From: Nitrospirota bacterium
GTDB lineage: Bacteria; Nitrospirota; Thermodesulfovibrionia; Thermodesulfovibrionales; Dissulfurispiraceae
Reading direction: 5' to 3'
Assembly: GCA_040754455.1 (NCBI GenBank)
Contig: JBFMCP010000009.1
Span: 22,337-86,336 of the forward strand
Length of the DNA stretch: 64,000 nucleotides
Shown here: positions 30,660-45,505 of the stretch, piece after piece
Position numbering within the stretch: the first letter of the stretch is position 1
Layout of the letters: every line of letters begins with the position of its first letter
The notes under the pieces: model-generated
Told to the model about the DNA's origin: nothing
The model's database searches: none
Seen by the model: the letters and a program-made list of their open reading frames with translations, nothing else
Program-made: the position numbers and the translations under genes

Positions 30660-31750
30660 CCCGGCCATCGTCCGGCGCTGCGTCCGCTGCTCATCCGGCC
30701 GCCGCAGCGCACATTGCAGCGGTCGAGACCGCTGTACCCGAATACACGGCAACGCAGGAGCAGGCGAGGGACTTCCTCATCAACCATTACGGCAGCAGGC
30801 TTAGCCCGCGCTCGCGTTCCATAGTGCACAAGCTCTTCTCTCATCCGGGCATCCGGAAGCGGCACTTTGCCTTTGATGCTCCCGACTGCCTCATCAATGA
30901 GGACCCGGATCAAAGGATCAGGCGGTTCACCAATAAAGCGGTAGAGCTCTCCTCCCGCGCCATTATGCATGCCCTCTCGCGTGCAGGCATTTCACCTGCT
31001 GAAGTAAACGGGCTCATCGTGAACACCTGTACCGGCTATATCTGTCCTGGGATATCGACCTATCTCATCGAGATGCTGAATCTGCCCCGCACTGTCCAGG
31101 CCTATGATCTGGTCGGGAGCGGCTGTGGCGGAGCGCTTCCCAACCTCAGGGTCGCCGAATCGCTCTTGAAGGGAGAGGCTTCAGGGGTCGTGGTGAGCGC
31201 TTCGGTAGAGATCTGCAGCGCCACCTTTCAGATGGAAGACGACCTGAGCCTGATCGTCTCAAATGCGCTCTTTGCCGACGGTGCTGCAGCTGCGGTGCTC
31301 TGGAACAGGCCCGAAGGGTTCGAATTGGTAGCTTCAGCGAGCTACTATGTCCCGGAGCATCGGGACGACATTCGTTATGTGCACCGGAACGGACAGCTCT
31401 TTAATCAAATCTCGAGCACGCTTTCCCATGCGGTTAAAAAAGCGGCTGCCCGTGTCGTGGACGATCTTTTGAAACCGAGAGGTCTTTCGATAGGCAATAT
31501 CAGGCACTGGGCGCTCCATAACGGCGGAGAAAAGATCATCGCTGCCATAAAATCAGAGATAGGTCTCTCCGAAGAACAACTCAGGGCAACACGCGCCATC
31601 CTCGCCGGCTACGGAAACATGTCATCACCGACGGTCTGGTTTGTGCTCCGGAATATTATTGAGAACGGAATCGAGCCGGGCGAATGGTGTGTCATGCTCG
31701 CCTTCGGCGCAGGTCTTTCGGCGCACGGCTATCTGTTGAGGAAAAAGTAA
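30656..31750 (+). CDS. type III polyketide synthase
   Basis: Cys-His-Asn triad: GSGCGG, WALHNGG, YGNMSS; LFADGAAA; ATGA overlap with the upstream gene. Confidence 0.9.
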   Translation: MTRPSSGAASAAHPAAAAHIAAVETAVPEYTATQEQARDFLINHYGSRLSPRSRSIVHKLFSHPGIRKRHFAFDAPDCLINEDPDQRIRRFTNKAVELSSRAIMHALSRAGISPAEVNGLIVNTCTGYICPGISTYLIEMLNLPRTVQAYDLVGSGCGGALPNLRVAESLLKGEASGVVVSASVEICSATFQMEDDLSLIVSNALFADGAAAAVLWNRPEGFELVASASYYVPEHRDDIRYVHRNGQLFNQISSTLSHAVKKAAARVVDDLLKPRGLSIGNIRHWALHNGGEKIIAAIKSEIGLSEEQLRATRAILAGYGNMSSPTVWFVLRNIIENGIEPGEWCVMLAFGAGLSAHGYLLRKK

Positions 31751-31763
31751 TTTACTGAGCGTA

Positions 31764-32000
31764 TCAGACAAACTTATCGATCGTTCGCCGGACTTCGGAC
31801 GTCCCCTCTTTCTTCTGGACCTCAACCACGTGTCTTACCGATGCATCGCCGTTGTCTTTTTCTTTGGCGGCAGGATGTGACGCTCCTGCGGATGCCGCCC
31901 TCCTCACGTTGTCATCTTGATCGCCATTGTTGTACGTCTTTTTCAGTCTCTCCTGCGCTACCTCAGATGATGCAGTGTTCTGTATCGGAATAATGGGCAT
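31764..32000 (-). CDS. hypothetical protein
   Basis: GAGGAGGAG RBS before ATG; 78 aa. Confidence 0.55.
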   Translation of the reverse strand: MPIIPIQNTASSEVAQERLKKTYNNGDQDDNVRRAASAGASHPAAKEKDNGDASVRHVVEVQKKEGTSEVRRTIDKFV

Positions 32001-32147
32001 CGTCTCCTCCTCGCGTCGCGGGCTGCCTTTCTTTACCTATCGGGTGTCTGCGGATGATCTTAATGCCCGTTCGCGCATTTTTCGGCCAAACTGCACCCTT
32101 TGTGACATCAATCACATCGAGCGCCCATTCTGGAGGAAAATATACGC

Positions 32148-32381
32148 TTATCTCTCGTATCTCTTCACCCTGTCTTTCAGACTGCTGAAGGACTCCTTTG
32201 CCCTTTCAGCCTGTCCCTTTGTCTTCTCCATCTCCTCGGTATCCCTCCGCCACTTGCACCAGCCGGCATGTCCCTCGAGCCTCCCGCCGATTTCCTCCTC
32301 CGTCTTTCTACAGTAGACACATACATATTTTTCATTCACCTTCTCTTTGAGGTACTCGGTATATTTTTCCTGCTCGGACAT
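32148..32381 (-). CDS. small hypothetical protein with CxxC..H...C
   Basis: AGGGAG RBS; CVYC and GHAGWC. Confidence 0.6.
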   Translation of the reverse strand: MSEQEKYTEYLKEKVNEKYVCVYCRKTEEEIGGRLEGHAGWCKWRRDTEEMEKTKGQAERAKESFSSLKDRVKRYER

Positions 32382-32582
32382 GATTATCTCCTTATTACAT
32401 AGTATTGTTGAAGCAGCGACGAATCGATTCTGTACAGCGGTACTTAATAAGGACGGTAAAAACCTTTTATAAATGATAGCACCTTTTTGTGAGGAAGCAA
32501 CTCACATACTATCTTTCAGGATAAAAGAGTACGCTTTACGAAAGATGAAAAGATATTACAGGCGCTATCGTATCACTGCAAA

Positions 32583-34951
<2,369 letters not shown>

Positions 34952-35044
34952 AACTTTTTTTATGATAACATACTAAGGCTCTTCGCCGGAAAAAGCAAAG
35001 AATGTACGTTGCAGTGTTACAGTTCCAAAAGCGCTGCTAGAATT

Positions 35045-36586
35045 ATGCATAAACTGAAAACAAAATTCAATCAATGGTACGGCCCTGCTCTGATATCGGG
35101 GTTTTTACTGTATTGCTCTTTTCCCGAGATCGATCTCTTTCCGCTCGCCTGGATCGCCCTCGTCCCGTTATTCACCTTTTTGTATGATAAAAATGAGATC
35201 GAGGCGTTCAAGGCAGGGTTCCTGACCGGCCTTGTCTATTTCTTCGGCACCACCTACTGGGTCTACCACTCGATCAACAAATATGGCGGTATTCCGCTTG
35301 TCCCGAGTCTTCTTCTGGTGCTCATCATGTGCATGTACCTGAGCCTGTACCCCGCCGTTTTCTCCTGCATCTATTCGTCCTATGTTCGAAGGACCGATCT
35401 CCCCTCGCTCTTTGTCGCTCCCGTATTCTGGACAACATTGGAGTTTTTGCGTTCCTATGCGTTGAGCGGTTTTCCCTGGTCAAGCCTCGGCTACAGCCAG
35501 TACCGTTTTTTGCCGGCGATACAGATCGCGGATATCACCGGCGTCTACGGCATCTCTTTCCTGATCGTCGCGGTGAACGGAGCGATCACCGATATACTTC
35601 TCAACAAGCGGCGGCGCATCGAGCGGCCGCTTGCCTCGATCTTTCCCCTCGTGAGTGGTTTCGCTGCCCTAGCCCTCGCCATCGTCCTTACCTTCTCCTA
35701 CGGCTTTTACCGCATGTACCAGACCCCGAGCGGCCATACAGTCAATGTTGCCGTTGTCCAGGGGAACATAGAGCAGGACGTAAAGTGGGATCCTGCCTAC
35801 CAGCAGGCAGTGCTCGCCACGTATAAAAACCTCTCTTTCAGCGCTGCACAGAAGTCGCCAGACCTGATTGTCTGGCCCGAGACTTCGCTGCCTTTTTACT
35901 TCAGGACCGACAAGGCGCTGACAGACGACCTCATCGCCTTTCACCAGCAGCAGAATTCCTATCTCCTCTTCGGCAGCATCCTCCAGAAGCGGGGAGAGGA
36001 GGGTACGGTAAAGGGGTATGCCAACAGTGCCGTACTACTTGATAAATATGGAAATATAACTTACATTTATGATAAAATACATTTGGTTCCCTTCGGGGAG
36101 TATGTCCCGTTCCGGTGGCTCTTTTCCTTTCTTGATCTGACCGGCTCAATAGGTGACTTTGTTCCCGGAGAGAGCTATATAAAGGCAGTGACCCCTTTCG
36201 GCAGTTTCGGCACGCTCATCTGCTATGAAATTATATTCCCCGGTCTCGTCAGGAAATTTTATGTCAAAGGGGGGGACTTTATCGTGAACATCACCAACGA
36301 TGCCTGGTTCGGCAGTACGCACGGGCCGCACCAGCACTTCAGTATGGCGGTGTTCAGGGCGATAGAGAACAGAAAGCCGGTGGTACGTGCCGCCAACACC
36401 GGCATATCGGGCTTTATCGACAGCAGCGGGAGGATCCTCGCGACAACGGGTCTGTTCAAAAGAACCGTCATCGTCTCTCCGGTAAAGACCGACGCGACAT
36501 TGTCGAAGTATACGAAATACGGCGACATCTTCTCGTATATGTGCATTGTCTGCTCGCTGCTGATCCTTGTCGGAAGAAGACGATAG
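35045..36586 (+). CDS. lnt: apolipoprotein N-acyltransferase
   Basis: GFPW, QGNI, WPET, HLVPFGEY, ICYE, TNDAWF. Confidence 0.95.
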   Translation: MHKLKTKFNQWYGPALISGFLLYCSFPEIDLFPLAWIALVPLFTFLYDKNEIEAFKAGFLTGLVYFFGTTYWVYHSINKYGGIPLVPSLLLVLIMCMYLSLYPAVFSCIYSSYVRRTDLPSLFVAPVFWTTLEFLRSYALSGFPWSSLGYSQYRFLPAIQIADITGVYGISFLIVAVNGAITDILLNKRRRIERPLASIFPLVSGFAALALAIVLTFSYGFYRMYQTPSGHTVNVAVVQGNIEQDVKWDPAYQQAVLATYKNLSFSAAQKSPDLIVWPETSLPFYFRTDKALTDDLIAFHQQQNSYLLFGSILQKRGEEGTVKGYANSAVLLDKYGNITYIYDKIHLVPFGEYVPFRWLFSFLDLTGSIGDFVPGESYIKAVTPFGSFGTLICYEIIFPGLVRKFYVKGGDFIVNITNDAWFGSTHGPHQHFSMAVFRAIENRKPVVRAANTGISGFIDSSGRILATTGLFKRTVIVSPVKTDATLSKYTKYGDIFSYMCIVCSLLILVGRRR

Positions 36587-36610
36587 ATTTCATTACGGAG
36601 GTTAACGAAC

Positions 36611-37736
36611 ATGTTGCTGCAAAATGAGCTTAAAGAAGATATCGCAAAACTTAAGGAGAAGACACTCTCCCTGAGAGGTTATCTTTGATGTCGACAAACT
36701 GCAGTCCGAACTTTCTGAAATAGATAGAGAACTTTCCTCTGAAGCAGTATGGGCCTCCCCTGAAAAACTCAGGGAGCTGAACAAGAAAAAGACCGATATC
36801 CTGGAAACCCTCCAGCCCGTCGAAGCAGTGCTCGGCAAAGTACTCTACCTCGAGGAGTCTCTCGCCATACTCAATGAAGAGGAAGGGGAGATATTCCTTG
36901 CCGATCTGAAAAAAGAGATCGAAGGCGTCAAAAAGGAAATCGAAGATATCGAGATCAAGGTGCTCCTTTCCGGAGAGCTCGACAGGAACAACGCGATCGT
37001 CACGATCCATCCGGGCGCCGGCGGCCTCGAGAGCCAGGACTGGGCCCAGATGCTCATGCGCATGTATCTGCGGTGGGCCGAGCGCCGCGGCTTTAAAACA
37101 GAGATGGCGGACTACCAGCCCGGAGAGGAGGCGGGGATCAAGAGCGTCACCTTTACGGTCGAAGGTCCCTATGCCTACGGCTACATGAAGGCAGAGGCAG
37201 GGATCCACCGGCTGGTCCGGATTTCGCCTTTTGACCAGGCAAAAAGAAGGCATACCTCCTTCTCGGCGGTGCTGGTCTATCCCGAAATCAAAGAGGATAT
37301 TGTGGTTGATATACGGGATGAAGACCTCAAGATCGACACCTTCAGGGCATCGGGCGCCGGAGGCCAGCATGTGAACAAGGTCTCCTCGGCTGTAAGAATT
37401 ACCCATATCCCGACAGGGTTCATCGTCTCGTGCCAGAGCGAACGTTCACAGCTTAGGAACAAGGAGATGGCAATGAAAATACTGAAGGCACGGCTCTATG
37501 ATCTTTCTTTAAAAGAGAAAGAGAAGAAGATGGACGATATCATCGGTGACAAGAAAGGCATTTCCTGGGGTAACCAGATCAGGTCGTATGTGCTTCAGCC
37601 GTACCGTATGGTAAAGGACCATAGGACCAACTTAGAGGTCGGTGATGTGGATGCAGTGCTCGACGGCGATATCGATGTCTTTATTAGGGGGTTCTTGAAC
37701 TATGCTTCATCACAGAGGGACGGTAATGGCGGATAA
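36611..37736 (+). CDS. prfB: peptide chain release factor 2 (programmed +1 frameshift at 36683..36689)
   Basis: ORF0 MLLQ..LRGYL then CTT TGA T; +1 frame continues to SPF and GGQ motifs. Confidence 0.95.
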
Positions 37737-38070
37737 CCCTACTATCTTTATTTATATACGTAAAAGGTAGTAGTAGCAATAGGCGCTGTGGAATTGTTGG
37801 TATAGCAGGTAAATGCTTAATAATCAATAAGTTGTTTGAATTATAACTTTTGCGTTAGCTTACCATTTCTTCCGGAGGACCGGCAGGAGGGCGTTGTTAA
37901 CAAAAGCGCCAACAATTTATTGCCCTCCTTTTCACATATAGGATATAATGTGGGTGCTTAAAAAGGACCTAGTTATTAACAATTGTCAATATTATGTTAA
38001 TAATTTACTGATTTGTAATGAGAGAACGGCGCGCAGCCGTCGTACTGCCAAAAGAGACACACTACCGCTC
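37737..38070. other. putative replication origin oriC
   Basis: AT-rich non-coding region directly upstream of dnaA with DnaA-box-like 9-mers at 37787, 37894, 37928, 37973, 37995. Confidence 0.6.
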
Positions 38071-38095
38071 ATCGTCGGGGGGGGGGATTACAGCA

Positions 38096-39430
38096 GTGAA
38101 CAGCGAAGATATATGGAATAAGAGTCTTTCTAAAATTGCAGAAAGGGTGGGGGAGAATCTCTATGAGCTGTGGTTCAAACCGATGAAGCTCCTCAGCCTG
38201 AAAGACCAGACGCTCACCCTCGGCATCCCGAACCGGTTTTTCAGGGAATGGATCGAAGATTACTATCCCTCGATCATCACCGAGGTGGCAGAGGGGATGC
38301 TCGGCGCTCCGGTCACAGTAAAATATAAGATCATAGAGAAAGAGGACGCGGCCCTCAAGAAGCTCGATACCAAGCTCGAAAACAGGAGGAACAAGCTCGC
38401 GAGCAGAGGTATCTACCTCAGCCCGAAATATACGTTCGACACCTTTGTGGTCGGTCCGTCGAACCAGTTCGCCCATGCCGCCTCGCGGAGGGTTGCCGAA
38501 AACCCCGGCTTTGCCTACAACCCGCTCTTTATCTACGGTGGCGTCGGTCTCGGCAAAACGCACTTGATGAATGCGATCGGCAATGCCATTGCCGACCACT
38601 ATCCGGACAAAACGATCTGCTATGTATCGGCCGAGCAGTTCACCAACGAGGTGATCTCCGCGCTGCGCCACGAGAAGATGGCTGAGTTTAAAGAGAAATA
38701 CCGGAACGTGGATGTCATGCTGATCGACGACATACAGTTCATCGCGAACAAGACGACAACCCAGGAGGAATTTTTCCATACGTTCAACTCCCTCTACGAA
38801 AAGCAGCGCCAGATCGTGGTCTCGAGCGACCGGGCGCCGATGGAGATACCGGACATCACCGACCGGCTCAGATCGCGGTTCAGCATGGGGCTCATCGCCG
38901 ACATACAGGCACCCGAAGTCGAGACCAAGGTCGCCATCATCTATAAAAAGGCCGAGAAGGAGAAGCTGGCGATACCGGAGGACGTGGCCTACTTTATCGC
39001 CACGAGGGTGAAGTCGAACATCAGGGAGCTCGAAGGCTGCCTGATCAAGCTCGGCGCCCACGCCTCGCTCACCGGCATGCCCATCGATACCGCCATGGCA
39101 AAGACGGTGTTGAAGGACCTGATTGCCGATGAAGAGCGGCCCGTCACCGTTGACGCGATACAGAAAGCGGTCTGCGAATACTTCGGTGTGAAGATCCAGG
39201 ACTTGAAGGCGAGGAAGCGGACCAAGGAGATCGCGAACGCGCGCCAGATCGCCATGTACCTGTCGAAGCAGCATACCGGCCTCTCGCTCAGCGAGATAGG
39301 AAAATTTTTCGGGGGTAAAGACCACGCCACCGTAATCTACGCCTGCAAGCAGATCGAGGAGAAGCGGTCCAAGGACGAGCATCTCAACCGGAGCATCGAG
39401 CAGGTCGCGCGGCGCATCACAGGAATATAA
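38096..39430 (+). CDS. dnaA: chromosomal replication initiator DnaA
   Basis: YNPLFIYGGVGLGKTHL, DDIQF, QEEFFHTFN, SNIRELEG; probable GTG start at 38096 (ATG 38018 is an alternative). Confidence 0.96.
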   Translation: MNSEDIWNKSLSKIAERVGENLYELWFKPMKLLSLKDQTLTLGIPNRFFREWIEDYYPSIITEVAEGMLGAPVTVKYKIIEKEDAALKKLDTKLENRRNKLASRGIYLSPKYTFDTFVVGPSNQFAHAASRRVAENPGFAYNPLFIYGGVGLGKTHLMNAIGNAIADHYPDKTICYVSAEQFTNEVISALRHEKMAEFKEKYRNVDVMLIDDIQFIANKTTTQEEFFHTFNSLYEKQRQIVVSSDRAPMEIPDITDRLRSRFSMGLIADIQAPEVETKVAIIYKKAEKEKLAIPEDVAYFIATRVKSNIRELEGCLIKLGAHASLTGMPIDTAMAKTVLKDLIADEERPVTVDAIQKAVCEYFGVKIQDLKARKRTKEIANARQIAMYLSKQHTGLSLSEIGKFFGGKDHATVIYACKQIEEKRSKDEHLNRSIEQVARRITGI

Positions 39431-39469
39431 GACGTCCCGCAGCTATAGATTTATGAACGGAGGACAGCA

Positions 39470-40579
39470 ATGAAGGTAACCGTAGAAAGAAACGAATTGC
39501 AGAAGAAACTCTCGGACATCCAGAACATCGTGGAGAAGAAGAATACCATGCCGATCCTGAGCCACTTCCTCCTCGTTGCAGAGAAAGGAGGGGCCCATAT
39601 CACCGCGACCGACCTCGAGACCGCCTTCAAAGAGCCGATCACCCTCACTGTCGCGGAAGAAGGCAGCATGTGTATTCCTGCGAAGAAGCTCTTCGAGATC
39701 GTCCGGGAGATGGATGACGAGATCACGCTCGAATCTGCGGATACCAAATGGCTGAAGGTCAAGTCCGGAAAGTCCAGCTTCCGCCTTGCCTGCCTCTCCT
39801 CAGAGGAGTTCCCGGTCTGGCCCTCGCTGGGGGGCTCGGATGTCGTGGAAGAGATGGAGATCGACGCCGCGCTGCTGCTCGAAATGATCGACAAGACGCT
39901 CTATGCTGCCGGCGAATCGGACACGCGCTATGTGCTGAACGGACTGCTCTTCAACATAAAGCCGGACGGGACGCTCACGGTCGTCGGGACCGACGGCCAC
40001 CGGCTCGCGCTCTCGAGGAAGACCGTCGAGTCGACGCCCAAGCAGGAGAAGCGGGTCATCTTTTCGAGAAAGTCCCTCTCCGAGCTGAGGAAATTCCTCT
40101 CCGACAGCGAAAAGAAGGTGAAGCTGACGATCGGGAAAAACCATATTCTCTTCACCATAGGAGACATCCAGTTCCTCACGCGGCTGATCGAGGGGACCTA
40201 CCCCAACTACGAGCAGGTGATCCCTGCCAGCAGCGACAAGACGATGCTCGTTGATAAGCTGCTTCTCATGAAGTCCTTGCGACGGGTCTCGATCATGAGC
40301 AAGGAGCGGTCGAGCGCTGTCAAGGTCGATATCGAAGCGAACAATATGGGCATCTCTGCTTCGAACCCTGACCTTGGCGAGGCAAAAGACGAATTCAGCG
40401 TCGAATACACCGGCGAACCGATCACCATCGCCTTCAATGCGAAGTATCTGCTCGACGCACTGGCGGTCATGGATTCCGAAAAAATAGTATTGAAACTCAA
40501 CGAGCCCCTGAGCCCGACCCTTGTCATGGAGCAGGACAGGGATGATTATAAATACGTAGTAATGCCGATGAGGCTGTAA
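39470..40579 (+). CDS. dnaN: DNA polymerase III beta clamp
   Basis: TDLE, TDGHRL, YPNYEQVIP, MPMRL C-terminus. Confidence 0.96.
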   Translation: MKVTVERNELQKKLSDIQNIVEKKNTMPILSHFLLVAEKGGAHITATDLETAFKEPITLTVAEEGSMCIPAKKLFEIVREMDDEITLESADTKWLKVKSGKSSFRLACLSSEEFPVWPSLGGSDVVEEMEIDAALLLEMIDKTLYAAGESDTRYVLNGLLFNIKPDGTLTVVGTDGHRLALSRKTVESTPKQEKRVIFSRKSLSELRKFLSDSEKKVKLTIGKNHILFTIGDIQFLTRLIEGTYPNYEQVIPASSDKTMLVDKLLLMKSLRRVSIMSKERSSAVKVDIEANNMGISASNPDLGEAKDEFSVEYTGEPITIAFNAKYLLDALAVMDSEKIVLKLNEPLSPTLVMEQDRDDYKYVVMPMRL

Positions 40580-43132
<2,553 letters not shown>

Positions 43133-43169
43133 TCGACAAAATTTGTTGTCGGTTTACACATAAAACGCT

Positions 43170-43205
43170 AAAAAGGCTATCTTAAAGTTTAAGATAGCCT
43201 TTTAT
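43170..43205 (+). terminator. intrinsic terminator after gyrB
   Basis: AAAAGGCTATCTTAAA-G-TTTAAGATAGCCTTTT palindrome. Confidence 0.7.
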
Positions 43206-43326
43206 TTGAGGGAGAAAGGAAAAACTATTCCTAGCCAGCGTAACAATTACTCATCTGATGAATTAGTAATACCTTATATTGAAAGGACGATTCTTTAGAA
43301 GATTAGAAATCATTGCCTCTTTCGAT

Positions 43327-43640
43327 GGGAGTGTCCGCGCGGGCGAACTGGGACACCCTCACGACCTTCTTCCGCTACCCGGTGGAGATCCGGAAGGTCA
43401 TGTACACCACAAACATCATCGAAAGCGTTAACAGCAAGTTCAGGAAGGTCACAGATGCCCGCCAGGTCTTCCCCTCGGACGAGGCGGTGCTGAAGTCCCT
43501 CTACATGGCTGCGCTTGAGCTTGAAAGGAAATGGAGCAAACCTATCAAGGATTGGGCTATAATCTATGCACAGCCCGTCGTCCTCTTCGAAGACAGGCTG
43601 TTATGAGGAAACTGATTTACACAGTTGGCGAGACAGTCCC
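43327..43640 (+). mobile_element. internally deleted IS256-family element
   Basis: Transposase C-terminus (YTTNIIESVN, FPSDEAVLK) between GGGAGTGTC and TTTACACAG..GACAGTCCC ends. Confidence 0.8.
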
Positions 43641-43698
43641 GATTCAAGACCTGACCCCGTTGTTGTGCTATACTGTTGAAGGAGTATTTTCGAACCGG

Positions 43699-45315
43699 TT
43701 ACTCCAGGTTGAGCAGCCGGCCGATCTCTTTGAAGAGTTCCTGCATGCGGTAGGGTTTTCTGATATAGCCGTCGGCTCCGGCGTCGATGGCTTCTTGTCT
43801 TCTGTCCTCGAAGACACTCGCGGTCACCATGATCACCGGCGTTGTCCGGCCTTCTTCGAGAGACTTGAGCGCACGGGTGGCCTCTATGCCGTCCATTTCC
43901 GGCATCCTGCGGTCCATCAGGACCAGATCGGGGCGCCACTGTTGAAACGCCGCGAGCGCCTCCCTGCCGTTTATTGCCTCATGAACGATGAAGCCGACTC
44001 GTTCGAGCATCTCACGCACGACTTCCCGGTTGGTGTCCGTATCGTCCACCACAAGCACTTTGGGCGGCGCCTGGTGCATACCGAAAAATCCGATTACCTT
44101 CCGGTCACAGGATTTCGGCTCCTGCTGCTGCAGAGAGGCCGGAAGCTTCGCCCGGAAGACAAACCGGAATGTCGTGCCCTTTCCCTCCTCGCTCCGCACC
44201 GTGATGTCGCCCCCCATCATCTGCGCATACCGGCGGCTGATCGCCATGCCGAGTCCTGTTCCTTTGTTTACCGCCTTCACGTTCTCTGCCTGCTCGAAAA
44301 TTTCGAACACCTTGCCTATCTCATCAGCAGGAATGCCGTATCCGGTATCTTCGACCTCAATGCCGACAAGACAGTCCTGCGTGCCTCCGCACTCCGCATC
44401 GAGACGGAGCGCGATACCGCCTTCGACAGTAAACTTGAGCGCATTGCCGAGCATATTGATAAGCACCTGACGTACTTTCCCCTCATCGCTGTTGAGGCAC
44501 TGCGGGACGTTCTCGAGTCCTTCGAGCCTGAATGCGAGGCCTTTTTCTTCGGTGCGGGGTCGGAACATCGTGTCGAGATCCCGGATAAGGGCGTGCAAGT
44601 CAAAATCGGCATTCGCGACACTGATGCGTCCCGCCTCGATCTTGGACATCTCCAGGATGTCGTTGATGAGGGAAAGGAGATGCTCTCCATTGGCACAGAT
44701 AGCGTCAAGGTATTTTCTTTGTGCGGCCGTCAGACCGGATTCGCTGTTTAAAAGCTGGGCGAATCCCAGCACGGCATTCATCGGAGTCCGTATCTCATGG
44801 CTCATATTGGCCAGGAACTGGCTCTTTGCGCGATTGGCTGCTTCGGCCTTTTCTTTGGCCCGCACCAGATCCTCCTCCATTGCCTTTCGCTGTGATATGT
44901 CCTGGATCATCCATATCACCCCTTTGCTGAGGTCGTCCCGATCTATGGCACTGCCCGAGAGCTCGCACCAGAAGGTGCTTCCATCCTTCCGTTTGAGTTC
45001 GTACTCCGTAACGACAACGCCGCCTGAGGTCTTTTCATAAAACAGGCGTCCAAACTCCTCACAAGCCTCTCGGGATCGATGCACAATCTGTGCATGTTGC
45101 CCACGCAGCTCATCGGCCGTGTACCCGAACATTCTGCAAACGCAGGGGTTCACTTCCGTAATGATCCTTTCGCCGGTCACGACGAGGATGCCGATCGAGC
45201 TGTTATTGAGGATGGATTCTTTCCAGGCCAATGACTTCTGGAGCAAAGCTTCCCTTTTTTGCCTATTCATTCCATCAGCGAGTGAGTCGCTTGTGTTATG
45301 TTTGCTGTTATTCAT
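43699..45315 (-). CDS. PAS-domain hybrid histidine kinase/response regulator
   Basis: PAS, MSHEIRTPMN, GNALKFT, DTGYGI, GTGLGM, receiver VVDD..LMD..KP. Confidence 0.92.
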   Translation of the reverse strand: MNNSKHNTSDSLADGMNRQKREALLQKSLAWKESILNNSSIGILVVTGERIITEVNPCVCRMFGYTADELRGQHAQIVHRSREACEEFGRLFYEKTSGGVVVTEYELKRKDGSTFWCELSGSAIDRDDLSKGVIWMIQDISQRKAMEEDLVRAKEKAEAANRAKSQFLANMSHEIRTPMNAVLGFAQLLNSESGLTAAQRKYLDAICANGEHLLSLINDILEMSKIEAGRISVANADFDLHALIRDLDTMFRPRTEEKGLAFRLEGLENVPQCLNSDEGKVRQVLINMLGNALKFTVEGGIALRLDAECGGTQDCLVGIEVEDTGYGIPADEIGKVFEIFEQAENVKAVNKGTGLGMAISRRYAQMMGGDITVRSEEGKGTTFRFVFRAKLPASLQQQEPKSCDRKVIGFFGMHQAPPKVLVVDDTDTNREVVREMLERVGFIVHEAINGREALAAFQQWRPDLVLMDRRMPEMDGIEATRALKSLEEGRTTPVIMVTASVFEDRRQEAIDAGADGYIRKPYRMQELFKEIGRLLNLE

Positions 45316-45505
45316 TATTCTACTGGTGATATGATTATCGACCACCGGCCTCTTTCCCTTGAGCGCAGGGAAAGAAGCAGCTGCAGGACCGGAGGTGTAA
45401 GTGGTGAGCGTCGGGACAGGGGAGGGCATCGCCCAAGCGCACGGGGCTTGCGCTTCTCCCGACCTACGTTATTCGGCAGAGAAAGTTGTGACTGGGACGG
45501 CACGC

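Noticed and set aside
38069..39382. 437-aa antisense ORF, and similar long shadow ORFs at 4750..5928, 43531..44751, 39800..40585, 41645..42451
   Set aside because: They lie opposite well-supported genes and are explained by GC-rich codon bias; no motifs
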